Source of the DNA: the human T2T-CHM13v2.0 reference genome, Homo sapiens
Strand: one strand, 5' to 3'
DNA: 64,000 bases
NCBI RefSeq assembly: GCF_009914755.1
Contig: NC_060936.1
The notes beneath the pieces are model-generated. The model was not told the origin of the DNA, searched no databases, and saw only the letters and a program-made list of their open reading frames with translations. Position numbers and translations under genes: made by a program. Shown here piece after piece: positions 1 to 18,590 of this stretch (within the stretch, counting starts at the first letter, position 1; the number at the start of each line of letters is the position of its first letter).

Positions 1-870
1 CCTTTGACTTTTCTTGCTGCTCTCACATGAATTAAACATGTCAGAAAATATTGTTCACCTTGGAAAATATGGAAGCACAGTTATTAATTATGGAAATATT
101 GTTGATTGAGAATACCTTAAAAGAAATGCTGAGTTAACATGATAGGAGGATTCATTCTCACTCTGTTCTTTAACAGTCTTTCCATTCTCACATCTTATGC
201 CTGTTTCAGAGGACACTTTTTAAGTGGGGCCTAAATTGGATAGTACCCAGAGAATGGCCAGAATGACAATTAATTCAGAATTATTTACAAAAAAAGAAAT
301 AGGGAAAAATGAAGATGAAAGCCAGAGTTATCAAAGGCATAAGGGAAACAAAAATAAACTAAAAGCAGAAGAAAAATAAATGGCCACAAGGAGGAGACAG
401 AGGATGGATATAGGATGGAATTTATTTTTAAATGTATTAATATAGTCACCCAATTAGGTGAGTATGCCTGACCAGGATAATAAAATGTCTGAATTAAAAT
501 GAAGCACTGTGAAGACAGGCTGATTGATTCAAATCCTGGATCAACACTTACTTGCCCTGTGGCTTTTGGCAAGTTACTGAGCCTCTGTGCTTTATTTTTC
601 TTAGCAGTAAATTTGTCATAAGTTTAATGCCTACCACAAATGTAACTGATAAAAGCATATAGAAAGAGCAATAAATGGCAGCTGTCATAGTGGAAGTAAG
701 TTTGGATTATTCTGGATTATCTTAAAAAAAGGAAGAAAGCTGGGACATTGCCCAAGCACTGACAGTGAAGCTTAAACAAACCAATTCTCATGAGCCCAAC
801 CAGGGTCTGCCTCCAGCCTGTCTGGAAGAACTCGATTATATCACTTTTCTTCATTTGTAGCACTTTTCAT

Positions 871-928
871 GATGTAAAATTATGTTGATCTTTGCTTTCG
901 ATGTAAAATTATATTGGTCTTTGCTTTC
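871..928. repeat. 29-bp tandem duplication (2 mismatches)
   Basis: gatgtaaaattat(g/a)ttg(a/g)tctttgctttc x2. Confidence 0.85.
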
Positions 929-1058
929 TATGTTTCTTTACTATCTGTGCTCCCCACCCTTTACTATAATACAAGCTCATTGCTTGTATGATTCATTAAC
1001 GATTAGTCCCCAGAAAATAGAAACATGCCTGGGACTTCCACAGTGATCAATAAACATA

Positions 1059-1817
1059 TGAAATGGGAAAAGTTCTCTTGTCCCCCTAGCAGAGTGTGCA
1101 ATGGAGGTATGGCTCGCTTCTTCAGTGCCCCGCTACTCAGACCTCTAGGGGAGGGGCAGGCTGTGGGGCTCCGGCCCCACGGTAGTGTCTAGGAGTAAAT
1201 GTTTGTATCTGAAGCCCCAGTGGGCGTGTGTTACAGGGTGCTCTTTTAGTTTAGCCGTCCATAGGTGGCTTGTGTTAGTCAGCTCAATTAGACCCCTACC
1301 TTATAGCAAGGACAGAGGCTTTCTGCATCCCAGGGTTCTTACCTTGGTGTACTGGAAGAATCAGATCACACGTGGGCTTGGAGAATGAGTGCAAGGTTTT
1401 AGTGAAAGGAAGTAGCTCTCAGCGGATGGTGGAGCCAAAAGGGTGATGGTTTTCCCCTGGAGTCTGGCCACTCAGTGGCCCAGGCTCTCCTCTGATTGTC
1501 CCGGCCAAACTCTGCCTTGTTTCACCAGTTGGTGGCCTGCCGATATGCTCTTGACGTCCAGCCACTTATGTCTTGTTCCATTGATGACTACTCTCAATGT
1601 CCAGCCACTTATGTGTCTGCCTGCTAGGGTCTTGGGGGTTTTATAGGCACAGGATGGGGACATGCGGGCCAGGATGGTCTTGGGAAATGCAACATCTGGG
1701 CATGAAGGCAGGAGTGCCTGTCCTCATCCAGGTCGGTGGGCAAAGGCCCGGGTGTGGAGCCCTCGCCAGGGATCCGCCTTTCTCTATCCAGCACTTCTCT
1801 GCCCCACTTCTGTATCA
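1059..1817 (-). mobile_element. ERV1-class solo LTR (MER52/LTR27/MER48-like group; subfamily uncertain)
   Basis: TG...CA ends, 4-bp TSD cata (1055-1058, 1818-1821), TATAAAA on - at 1639-1645. Confidence 0.8.
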
Positions 1818-2009
1818 CATATGTTCAAATAAATGATTAATTAATTGCCCTTGCCATGAAATTTTGTAGTAATTTTAAAGGAAAGTGCAATGGCAAATAT
1901 ACTTAACATACTATGAATCCTCAATTCAAATATACTTGATCAGACCACTTTCCCTCAATCAATCGCACTATTTCCCATAATCGCACTGAGTAGATTAGAT
2001 GATAGTACA

Positions 2010-2314
2010 TTTTTGTTGTTGTTATTGTTTTGTTTTTGAGACAGGGTCTGGCTCTGTCACCCAGGCTGGACTGCAGTGGCAAGATCCACGATCTCAGCTC
2101 ATTGCAACCTCTGCCTCTTGGGCTCAGGTGATCCTGCCCCCTCAGCCTCCCACGCAATGGAACTACAGGCGTGCGCCACCACACCCAGCTAATTTTTTAA
2201 ACCATGGGTTTCACCATGTTGCACAAGGTGATCTCAAGCTCCCGGGCTCAAGCAATCCTCCCACCTTAGCCTCCAAAAGTATTGGGATTACAGGAGTTAG
2301 CCACCATGCCCGGT
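2010..2314 (-). mobile_element. Alu (old, AluJ-like)
   Basis: Antisense Alu consensus with degenerate T-tail. Confidence 0.9.
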
Positions 2315-3340
2315 GCCTGGTACTGCTTTTTACAAGAAGTATACTTATTCAAACTCCCAGTTTTTATTAAGATGTTTGCCCTGCCTGATAAACATTGCCT
2401 TCTTCTTTTTCTTCTTAGGCAATATTTACCTTTCCTTCAAATACCAATGCAAATCTTAATTAATCCAACTGATTATCATTCATTCTTATTTAATTTTTAC
2501 TTCCATGTTTGGTATGCAAATGCCTGATAAACTTTGTGATAGGACTGCAGTCTGACACATTTTTCCCTTCATTTTCACTACTGTTTGTCACAAATGTTCT
2601 GCCATAATTTTGGTCTGATAGTTATTAGTTGTTTGGTGTATTAACTTTTAATAAAGCTCATTCCACTTTGAAATCCACATGTTTAAGCTTTCTGTAAATG
2701 AAGGAGAAAATATTAACTATACTTTTCTATGACAGGAAATCTTACCCCTTTACAAATTAAATAGCATTTAGTATTTGTATGAAAGCCTGGTAAGTCAAAG
2801 GCAAACCAACAATTGTAATGAAGAGGGCTGAGAGAGAGGACTGAATATCACTAATAGAAGCACCTGAGGCTTTAGCTTAAAGGTGGTAAGAAGTCTGTGA
2901 AAAGCTATGACCAATTACAAAATACTTCTTTTGTTTCTGTCTGCAGTCATAACACCCACAGTAGTCAACATCTTATTGCCCTTCTCTTCTACACATCCAC
3001 AGGCCATCCCTGTATATTAATCAGTCTTATCTACAATGTTATACATTCCACTAATTTCAATTCTTACTGCATGTACTCCTTGTCATTGTTATCTTAGTAT
3101 CTTTTACTCATTCTTCAGCTATACACATAGATAATAGAGTCTATGAAAGACATCAAAGTGTAGTAGAAAGAATTTACAAACTGGGTAGATGCTACTAGGT
3201 ACTACTTTTTACAAGAAATACCATGATTTAAAAAGTCCCCCAAATTTCTTAAACTTCTCTTCCCATGATCAAAATCAGGATGATAATGCCCGTCATACAT
3301 ATATGCATTCATTCATTCAACAAATACGTATTGGGTAACA

Positions 3341-4166
3341 CAGGAAATTCTCACTTAACATCATCAATAGATTCTTAGAAGCTGCGTAGAAACAAGGTAG
3401 AACCAAACCAACCAGCATATTTCTGGTCACAAAAACATCACCTACCTTGTAAATAAAGACTCACAACACTTCTAAGAGTAAACATTAAAACAAATGTGAA
3501 CTATACCTATTACGTACATTCAGAAAAGATGAATGAAAACAAGATAATTATATACCCAATTTTTAGTAAATCAGTGGGTGTTGGTGGTCATAGTAGTAGG
3601 TAAAATCAAGGAATAGATGTTTGCAAAGTAAAAATTGACAGAAGCACCTTCTAAACCATGCCGTTCAACAATACACAATCAGGAATAGGGCGGGCTCACT
3701 GAGCGCTTTCGAACTACATTGCTTATTTACCTGCATTTGTATAATTATTGGCTATTTTACAAATTCTTATTTTACAATAATTTGTATTCATTCATTCATT
3801 CATTTTCCCACATACTTATTTCAGCTCCGTGTCTCAGGTGGCCAGAGACCATTCAGGCAGCTCAGGGCCAAGGAGGGCACTGACTATGAAGAGGCCACCG
3901 ACTATGAAGAGGCCACCATCCCATCGCAGGGCACACTCACACGCACCCGCACTCACTCACACTGGGACCATGTAGACACGCCAATTCACCTAACGTTCAC
4001 ATTTTGGGACATGGGAGGAAACTGGAGGACCCAGGAAAAACCCATGCAAACACGGGGAGACCGTGCAAACTCCACACAGTGGCCCCAGCTGGGAAGCAAT
4101 TTTTTTTCTCAACATCGTTATAACAAAACAATCTTACATAAAAGGATGTTACTCAAGAACCTGCTT
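3341..4166 (-). mobile_element. MER6 DNA transposon (TcMar-Tigger), apparently within an L2 fragment
   Basis: Reverse strand carries GTGTGGAGTTTGCACGG...TTTCCTCCCATGTCCCAAAATGTGAACGTTAGG and CAG-type termini; L2-like cattcattcaacaaata immediately to the left. Confidence 0.75.
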
Positions 4167-5531
4167 TAACTGCATGGCAGTCACTATTTTAGAGCCATGG
4201 GACATTTTCTTCTGGGGTTAAAGGACAAAAATTTTATTATCAAAGGTAACTCTATGTGTGTTGGATAGTGATCAGCGTTATGGAAAAGAGTGAAGCAAGG
4301 AAGAGGGACAAGAACGTGGGCTGGTGTGTAGTTGAGTGGGGAAGATGTTTTAAATGTTAAAAAAAAAAGTTCACATAGCCTAAGAATTAGTGAAGGAAGG
4401 GTTAAGAGTCCCTTTTGGCTAAAACAAAAGTTTCAAGAACAGAAGCTGTGGTAGGTGAATGGTAAGTGACTGGATTTACCCAGCTTACGACTGGGAACCA
4501 CTGAATATTTTAACTGAGATAAAAAACTCAGTGACAAAAATGGGTTTGGGATTTTAATTTTTTTTAATTTGTAGTACTTTTAAATAATTCAGCATTTCTT
4601 GGAAATGAGCTTTTATTATTAAGAATTGGTTTTTGGTAAAAATATTTGAATCATACTAAGTTTTTGTTTCCAAAATCAGGTACTGTCTTTTTTGTTTGTT
4701 TGTTTATTCTTCACCTCATTCTCAAAATAATTTGAAGAGTGTAGAGAAAGAAATTTTAGAATGGGAGACCATTTTAAGTGAATTGACAAAGAATTCAGAG
4801 TGAAGGAGATAGCAGGGAGAAAAAAAATATGTACAAGCTATGCCAAAAGGCGTGTTAGTAAACAAAATATCTGCCACTATAACCCACATAGTTACTATAT
4901 TGAGAAGTCTAACATTCTGCTAATTAGAGAAAAAAAAGAAATCAGGTCATTTATAAAGTAAAAGACTACTACTTAATTGGAAAAAGGGAAGCTTTACTGC
5001 TCATGGGGGTTTAACAACAACAACAAAATACTTCCATAAAGCTATATAAGAGCTACTCTAATGGCAAAATAGACAGCATCCTCCCCAATATTCCTACAAT
5101 AAACACATCAGCTAGCTTTGTATGGCTGTTCTTATAACTACTTTCAATGCAAGCTAAAATAACTTAAAAGCTCATTTCATAAAGTTAAATGTGTGTGTGT
5201 GATTCTCCAGTTGCTGTTTATTAAAGTAGTTATAGGATGGGTGGGCATAAAACAAAACAAAACAAAAAATGCAAACACATCAGGCCTTAACAGAGAGTAA
5301 TATTTTAGCTTGGAGAGGTAAAGTCCATTGGGGATGAGGATGGATGTGTGGTATGGGGGTGGGCCATGCCTATTGTTGATGATCATCAGGAGAACACAGG
5401 TGAGATCTGCCAGCAAAGCTCTTTCTATTACTTGGAGGACCCTGAGAAGGCAGGGGCAGGGGCAGGGGTGAGCCTTCCCCATAGCTAACCCATACTGCCT
5501 GCTCCTTGATGTCTTTATTATATGCCTACAA

Positions 5532-5630
5532 TTGGCCCTGCTTCCTCCTCCTGGTGGCGTGTGATGGCTTTGATTCTGCTGATCCTGTGCATGGGGATGG
5601 TTGTCGGGCTGGTGGCTCTGGGGATTTGGT
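5532..5630 (+). pseudogene. CLEC1B-like exon 2 remnant (transmembrane), 99 bp, acceptor destroyed
   Basis: Reads (V)[32 protein letters not shown]; donor gtaagt at 5631; preceded by cctacAA (5529-5531) where cAG is expected. Confidence 0.9.
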
Positions 5631-6167
5631 GTAAGTGTTGACTCTGCCAAAGATTTGATTGGAGGAAGGCAATACCGAAGGGTCATGGCATATCCCACTA
5701 AGCTTCTCAATGGTCACTATTTGTCTGTTTGTCACTATCCAATTGTCCTATACATAGCTGCCAAGATACTCTCAATAAAGGAGAACACTGACCTTTTCCT
5801 TGTGATCAAAATAGCTAAGTTTTTTATTAATTAAAAGTATTTTTAAGAATTTACTACTGGCTTTTAAGAACTCCTCAGTGTGGATCCAAACTATTTTTAA
5901 AAACTATTTTGTCCCTCTTCCTATCTTGCATATCCTAAGAATCAGCCAAAATGGAGTTTTTCAATTTCATATGTAAATCCTATGTTCCCCTGTCTGAAAT
6001 CTTTCTCATTCTATTCTCTCTACCTAAAATTTGCGTCATCCCACTTTGTTTACTAAAATATTGTGCTTTTTTCCTCCAGGAAATCTCACAGTCCTCCAGT
6101 GGCACATTGTAGTCTGCGTAGCTGTTGCTTGTTTGTATATTTGTTGATTTTTCATGAGATATTTTAG

Positions 6168-6581
<414 letters not shown>

Positions 6582-6843
6582 TAAATGAATAGTTTGGCAT
6601 CACACAAGGAACAGAAAATGAGTTCCTTCACCTCTCTGAACTCAGCTGAGAATCCTGTATTCAAGAAAATGTCAACAACCACTTTGGGCATGTTATTGAT
6701 CTAGGGATCTTTTTTATTTGTGATTGTCTCCTTCAAACAGTTCACTTATTAACCCTCAGGTGTCAGTTTTGTGTATTTTTAAATTTGTTCTTTATAGCCC
6801 CTTCACTCTTTTCAACACTGATTTAATCACGTGTATCTAGTAA

Positions 6844-7159
<316 letters not shown>

Positions 7160-7257
7160 TATTGGCAATTTTAATGAAATGAAAATTCAACAAAAAATAT
7201 TTGCATCATTCCTATAATTCTGATTACAAAATGTTATTATTTATTTTTTACATCTAG

Positions 7258-7714
<457 letters not shown>

Positions 7715-7875
7715 GTAGGTATTGTTTTTTTAACGTCTTCATTTCTCCAACCCCTGGAGCATTTCTCTGATGGTAACTGAAGGGAGTCTTGGGATCTGCA
7801 GAATACATGGAATGTAGGGAAAATGTAATTCCAATTTAAAAACAACAACAACATTCCTGTGCTTGGTTTCTCCAG

Positions 7876-8030
7876 GTGACTATAAACGCAGCCCCTGTGA
7901 TGCCAACTGGACATATTATGGAGATAGCTGCTATGGGTTCTTCAAACACAACTTGACATGGAAAGAGAGTGAGCAGTACTGCACTGACATGAAGGCTACT
8001 CTCCTGAAGACTGACAACCAGAACATTCTG
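7876..8030 (+). pseudogene. CLEC1B-like exon 4 remnant (CTLD N-terminal part), 155 bp, splice-intact; probable CLEC9A 5'UTR exon
   Basis: Acceptor tttctccag, donor gtaaga at 8031; open frame [51 protein letters not shown]. Confidence 0.92.
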
Positions 8031-9624
8031 GTAAGAAGATTCTTATGTCAAATATTTTGGAGGCAAGGGAGAAAACTCTCAAATGTAACATTTGACCTTT
8101 TTTGTTTTTTACATTTTTCTTAACATCTTTCAGTTTGTACTAATCTAAGAACTTTATGAAACCTAGTAAGAATTACAGAACCCAAATATTCAATCCAGTC
8201 ATAATATTCTACAACATTGCTAGAGTTGATTGGTCAAATTGACTTGTCCCTTCCTGACAGCTCAGGTACATAGTGGGTCACACATGAAGAGTCAGCCCAG
8301 TGATGTTCTTGATCATTTGTGTCCTGTGTTGTTCTAACTTGCTGCACTGCGCACTTACTGTTTTTGTGGGCTCAGACTCATACAGGAGATATCCAGTTAA
8401 ATTAATTAGCTTTTCTTTCCACTCCAACAAAATAAGAGAATTTCCTAAAATCTCAGCTCTATTACAAAAAGATTAATTGAAGACATATATGTATATCCTG
8501 AATTTGTATTACTCTAGGCTGGTGCCAGTTTAAAGATTTATAACTAAAAGTATTCATGCAATTTTTTTGAGAAAATAGAAAGGTATAGTTGAATTTCAAG
8601 TAGAATTTATCTGTCAGGTTCTGTAGGGAAGTATATAATGTTGATATATTCTAAAGAAAAGATTAGGAGGAGTAAGAGTAAGGTTACTAGTGGCTTAAGC
8701 TTTTAGAAATAAGCAGTCAAATGTGACTGTCACACAATAGCTCCTGTGGAATGCCATTCTGAGTCTTTCATATCTGTCAAGAACCTCAAGTCACTTCCTA
8801 TTTGCCAACAATGCATTCTCACTTGTTATTCTGGGAGGTGTGAGAGTATATAAACATTTGTCCTCCATTTAATTTTCCTACTCATATATTGATTGATTTA
8901 CCTATTCCTTCATTAATTCAACAAATATGTGCTGAAACTATTCCAGGACTTGGACCTATGCAGTTAATAAAACAGAAAAAATAATCCTTAAGCTCAAGGA
9001 GCATAGATTTTAGTTGAAGCAACAGCCAAGAAGCCAAACAAATGACATACTATACAGTATAGTAGGTAGTGATTATTGCTAACTAGAGAAAAGTAAACCA
9101 GGAAAGGTAGATGTATGTTATTAATAAATCCCTTTGAGAAAGACATTATGTACTCCTTTACTCAACTAAAACAAATTAATACTTCTATAGGGAACATTTT
9201 ATAGGCAAGCTAAGCAATAAAACCAAACCATGTAGAGTTTTAAATCTAAGGAATATAAAGCTCACCAATAATGTATTTCTTTGTGTTTTCTTTCTCTGTT
9301 CACATTTATTCCTTTGAGTCATGTTTGGTAGTCTGAAAGTATAATCCTCAATTGATTGAAGATATAAATATATGTTATAAACACATAGGAACATTAGAAT
9401 TTCAGCTATTTTGTGTACAATTTTACCTGCATCCTACAAGCTTTTTTAAGTTCTAAGACAAGTGAAATTGGCACAGATTCAAATATCAAATGAAATACAT
9501 TAATATAGACATGTAATCCAACTTTTTTTTTTGTCCAGGGTCTTATCATAAAGCTTTGTCTTTATGTCATTATCAACAGCTGTGGAGGGATTCTGACCAT
9601 TGTGTTTATTTATGTTTACAATAG

Positions 9625-9730
9625 GAATACATCAAAGCCAGGACTGGTTTAATTCATTGGGTCAGATTATCCCACCAGAACTCTAATGAGGTCTGTAAGT
9701 GGGAGATGGCTCAGTTCTCTAAAAAAATAT
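9625..9730 (+). pseudogene. CLEC1B-like exon 5 remnant, frameshifted
   Basis: Acceptor aatag, donor gtaagt at 9731; EYIKARTGLIHWVRLSHQNSNEVCKWE then GAG-AT-GGC (one G lost from GAG GAT GGC); 106 bp where phase 0-to-2 needs 107; TAA at 9720-9722 in the ancestral frame. Confidence 0.9.
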
Positions 9731-10017
9731 GTAAGTCCCCGACACTCAGAATAGAAAGTAATACTAGAAACTTATTCTTGAGATCCGCTCTCATCTCAGT
9801 CCAAGTCACTTAATAATTGAAATGTGTCTCTATAACCTACTATGGGTTATATAATCAGCAGCTGAGTCACTTACTCCCTACTTCAAACAAGAGAGCACCG
9901 GTCATAAGACAATTCTACCTTCCCCTCTCCCATTCTTAAACTCTTTATCTAAGCCACAACCCATTTTTATACCTGATATTATTCCCATTCATTTCTATAT
10001 TAATCTTTACCATGGAA

Positions 10018-10388
<371 letters not shown>

Positions 10389-11894
10389 CTCTCCATATAT
10401 TTTTTAAACAAAATTTCATCCTTATTTTGTTACAGTTGAAAGTTGTAAACTTGAGAGTCTTTTGACTTTTCGGTGGCATTTTGCCTACTCTTCTATCCTT
10501 CAAGTCTCCAAGAATTAGATACATTGGGGTTCACAAGATAATTCCAATGTCCATTAGTGAAGCTCTATCCTTCTACACATGATGCAGGCAAATGGGCTGT
10601 TAGCACCAGGTTGTGAACTTTTGTCACTTCCTATGTGGTTTTCCAATGTCCAGTCTCAACATCTTTTGTCCATCCTATATATCAAAACTGCAGTCTCTCT
10701 CCAATTAAAATGTAAATGGATAACCAAATCTTGTACAATATGATCATTACTTGCACCATTAATTATTTAATAAATATTTAGGAAGTATTTACTATAGGTA
10801 GGATCTCAGGATACTACAGCTACAACTCTTCACAGACCATGGGCTTTATCTCCTATTACTTGCTGCCTCATTCACAATATTGCAGACAAATTAGTGGGGT
10901 TTTTTTTATTCTTCCAACAAATCAAACTCGTTTTTTTATCTCAAGACTTTTGCATTTGCTATTTTCTTCTCCTAGAATGCTCTGCCTCCACAACTCCATG
11001 ACTGTTTCCTTCTTGTGAATCAAGTCTCTATTTAAACATCACTTCTTCAATGAGGCTAAGTCTAATTACCCAAACTAAATTAGCTTCCCTTCAGCCCACA
11101 TCCACACAGTCTACCACTGTTTTGTTTCTTTGTAACTTTACCACTGTCAGAAATTTTCTTGTCTATTTGTGGGCTTCTTACTGGCATCACCCCACTGAAA
11201 TGGAAGTTCCCCAACAGGAAAGCCCTTGGCTTTCTTGCCTTTCTGTACCAGTCTATCCTCAGCCCATAGAACAACTTTGTCACATAGTTATGTAGATATA
11301 TGCCAAATAAACTAATAAATATATATTCCTTGTCCTCTCGTGATAAACGGTCTAGAAGAGAATAAAGATAAGTTAACAGCCATTACAATACAGCATGCTG
11401 TCTTAGATCATCTATCCTGTAACATAAATCCTCAGCTCAAAAATATTGAATCAACTCACTTTTCCATGAACCTATTCCCATCCATTGCAGATACTTGTCC
11501 TGTCCATCTCCTGTCTCCTGTCCCATCCATTGCAGCTCTTTGTCCTGTTCATCTAAATCCTGCCCTTCCATCAATACCAACTAAAGTCTGATCTTGTAGA
11601 TAAAGCCTTTTCCCATTATTTCAGAGCTATCTCAATCTCTTCTTTGGGGCTCCTATTGTACTAGTGTTCCCTTGCTCCTTAATCTTATGCTACATGAAAC
11701 TGCTACTGAGCTTTTCAGATATACATACCTTGTACTACCAAGCAGGTTGGGAGCTACTCAACAATGAGAAACTTTTTTTTTTACTGTTTTCCCCAGAGTC
11801 TCCATTTTGTGCATCAAAATACTATACACAGAGTTTGATTGTTGATTGTTTCCTTAGTTTTTGAAGGAATTTATTCTACCTTTCCCATTCACAG

Positions 11895-12090
11895 GTTTGG
11901 GCTTTCTGAAGATGGAAAAGGAAATATGAATTGTGCCTATTTTCATAATCAGAAAAGGCACTCTACCTTCTGTGAGAACAAACATTATTTAATGTGTGAG
12001 AGGAAAGCTGGCATGGCCAAGGTGGACCAGCTACCTTAATGCAAGGAAAGGGGCAGGATATCACAGATAAGGGCTTTATTGCCCAATAAA
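11895..12090 (+). pseudogene. CLEC1B-like terminal exon 6 remnant with stop (12037-12039) and AATAAA (12085-12090)
   Basis: Acceptor ttcacag; FGLSEDGKGNMNCAYFHNQKRHSTFCENKHYLMCERKAGMAKVDQLP*, matching the CLEC-2 C-terminus. Confidence 0.92.
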
Positions 12091-13997
12091 AGTTCTGAAT
12101 GAAGAAATCAATAGCCATAAATTGGTTATTTCTTCCTTTCTTCCTTTGATGTCATTTTTAGTATTATCTTTACTACCAGAATCACTTACCTACTCCCTTC
12201 TTTGAATATCCAGAACCCAACATGTAAATTGATCACTTGCTTCTCAATCATTCTACTTTCCCTTAATTTTCTTTCTTCTTGTCTAATTTCTAATTACCTG
12301 AATATAATATGATTTACTGCATCTTCATATATACACATATAAGATTAAAATCAGGACAATATAGATTAGTGCTTAATTAAGTTGGGCAAAATATCGAAGC
12401 TTAAAATGTGTGCAGAATATCTAAGTTTGAAAGATAGCGTGACGTAACAAAAAGAATACTAAACTTGGAATTGGTAGAATAATTTAGATAATGTCACTTA
12501 AAGTACAATCATGAACAAGTCACATAGATTTTTTAACTTCCATTTTCTCATACTTGAAATAGGAATAATACATCCTCCATTTATACCTCACAGTTCTACA
12601 ACTTAAAATAAAACTTTGTAGTGTTAATTATACCAGAAACTTTACAAGAACAGGCACTGTGACTTTTGCATTTACTATTGTATTACCATCGCCAACCCCA
12701 GATCCTGGCTTACAGGAAACAGAGAGACATTACACAAATACAATTACTATTCCAAGTTCATTTCTGGTTAGACTCAACAGCAGTAATTTTTTGTGCAAAA
12801 GAAGGAAAAGAAAGTTTGTAACAAAGCTCATGGGGTTTGTAAAATGAATAAATGCTTCTCAACAAGGCCCAGAGGCTACTACACAGAAGGACAAGTTAAA
12901 ATGCTTTATTTAGGTCTTTTCCTAACAGCTCTATGCTTGCTTCTTGCTGAATAACTCAGCAAGTATTTATAGAATACATGGAAAGGCACCGTTTCACAGG
13001 ATAATAGGCAAAAATTGCATTTCTTTCCCACAGCTTCCCTTCTTTAACTAGTGAATACAATTTATAAACATGATTCTCAAGCGTCTCAACTGAGGTGTTG
13101 GTTAAAACATGGAGATGTTCAAACACAAATGCTGACGTTAGTGGGAAGGCTGAGGACACACAGAGACGTGGGTTTTTACAAGCACCATGACATAATTCTT
13201 GTAGAGGTAGTCTTTAATACAGTTAGAGAAATATCACTACTTTAGAACTTACTCTCTGTATGGCTTTGGATAAGTAATTTAGTGTCTTTAAAACTCTATT
13301 TCCTCATCTATGAAATGGGTTTAATATTTTGACCTTGCTCATAGGTAATTGTAAACCTCATTTAATATGACTATATAAAGTACTGATCAGAATACCAAGC
13401 ATGTAATACATACTCAATAAGTGTGTTACTCTTAAAGCTTTGTGCACTAACACTTAAAGACACTTGAATCTTTATCTTTTTTCTAGACTATCAATAAACA
13501 AGCAGATTTGGAGGGCTTAGGAAAAATAACAGAAACACCTCAAATGTTACTTGCTACTTCAAATGTCTAGAGATCTTGGATTTGGAGTGAATGTATTATT
13601 ATTTTCTTATTTTTAACTGTTTATTTAGAGAAACCAAATAGGAACTAATAATTCAGAACACTATCCAAAAATTAGCCATAACTTTGGCTTTTGTTTCGTC
13701 TCCCAAAAATGGAAAAGCATATGTTCATACATCACTATGGCACACATAAATTTAGAAGGATAGTATTTTAGTGCATGGCAACAATACAATTTAAAAATGT
13801 AAGCCAATCAAACTGTGCCTACAAAGATTTTTTTCCTGGTATTCATATCTAAAGCATCTTACACATGGAATCAAAATAACACAAATGTTAGTAGCACAAA
13901 TCAGAACACTTCATTCCAAATACTTAATCTTCTACATATTATCTAAGTGAACTTAGCAAAATTCGACTCCTCTGTGTTTCAAATTACAACTAAGTTA

Positions 13998-16855
<2,858 letters not shown>

Positions 16856-17301
16856 TACTCTATACTAATGATAGTGCCTATTTCATTGAGCTATTGGTAA
16901 TAATCAAAATAATTCATGTATAAGTTCTTGAAAATAGTACTCGGAATATAATTAGCAATAAGTAAAGGTACGATTAAAAACATCAAAAGTAATAAAAGGA
17001 ACATATTAGTCCTTCATTGGGAGAAGCCAATGGCTCCATACAATGAAATTTATCAGGGAATGTTCTATATTTGGGGAAAAGGAGTCTTTCTGAGCCTGAT
17101 TTTTAGTGCTGATAAAATTTGAGAACAATTGGAAATTAATGACAACTTAAGCTTCTGTTACTGTGTTCCTAACATTAGTCTCAATGTACATTTGGTATGC
17201 TTATGATTTCTTCCTCTGTTTCTCCTCAAGATAGAAGTGATCCTACTTTAAGGCTATGTGGGATTAGGTTACATTAATTTTCAGATTCGAATCTCAGGTC
17301 A

Positions 17302-17694
<393 letters not shown>

Positions 17695-18400
17695 TCAGTT
17701 CCAACCTGTGCTTTGAGAGGCTGAGCTCAAATGAACGCATTATCAGGGCAAACAAACTTGGCCCCTGGCTTCTAGTTAATTGAGCCAATAGAAGGCAGTG
17801 GTGATCAGGGCTCTTGTCAGGCAGGTCATGCAGTTCCAATAAACATTTTCAACTTAATTCTTCAGGTGACCTGACAGCTTCCCAGTGCATATGTCACACC
17901 CCTTTTTGGTTCCCTTAACACTTCCCGAAACTTTATATACAGTCCTTTAATTAAATGCCCTTAGATTACCCCTTGAGTATGCCATTTGTTTCCTTCTGGG
18001 GGCCTGATTGCTAGGGAGAAGACTGATGAATCCAGTGAGATACTGAAACAAAAGTAAACAGTGTAATTTTGCATATTATTGGGACTCATAGACTATGTTA
18101 CTTAGACATAACCTTTGGCCATAAAGATAAGTGGTCAAATGATGAATGATGATTAAAGTCTCAAATTTCTGATGCTATAGTCGCAAGATGTGGCAGAAAT
18201 GCTAAATAATTCATGCTTTCCTTCTAGAGTGAAGTGGTCATCAAGAGCTTGCTGTGCAGGCAAAAAATACATTTTTCAAGCTCAAACCTTATGTCCAAAA
18301 GTGGGCATGCCTTTGGTGGATGTGAATGTGAGACATGCTATTCTAGGTTATAGCTTTCAAGAGCAGGTGTGGATTCATCACCTTCTCTTTTCTTTTCCAG

Positions 18401-18504
18401 TGGATAGAAGTCAAGGGCTCCAATGTCTCCCAAGACGAAAGAATCCCAAGTCTCATTTGGAGGAATGCTATCACTAACTAGGATTCCTGGAGCTAAAACA
18501 TTAT
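18401..18504 (+). other. CLEC9A: Candidate non-coding 5'UTR exon of CLEC9A (104 bp)
   Basis: Strong polypyrimidine acceptor ccttctcttttcttttccag (ends 18400); donor gtaaga at 18505 inside an MLT1-like LTR tail; consistent with recalled upstream non-coding exons of human CLEC9A. Confidence 0.6.
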
Positions 18505-18590
18505 GTAAGATGCAAACTTTTATTGTGTTAAGTACTGATATTTTGAGGTTTATTTATCACAGTAAGTAGCATTACACTAACAGATATACA
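18440..18590 (+). mobile_element. MLT1 (MaLR) LTR 3' portion; 5' boundary uncertain
   Basis: aaacttttattgtgttaagtactgatattttgaggtttatttatcacag...taacagatataca resembles the MLT1 3' end. Confidence 0.55.

Noticed and set aside
397-463. TEDGYRM... followed by a phase-1 gtgagt donor, resembling the missing CLEC-2 hemITAM exon 1 (DEDGYITL)
   Set aside because: No in-frame ATG nearby, no YxxL, and similarity collapses after GGATA while the true duplicated exons are highly similar; probably chance.
5177-5710. 177-aa ORF on the - strand
   Set aside because: Antisense shadow of the pseudogene TM exon with no recognisable domain or splice structure.
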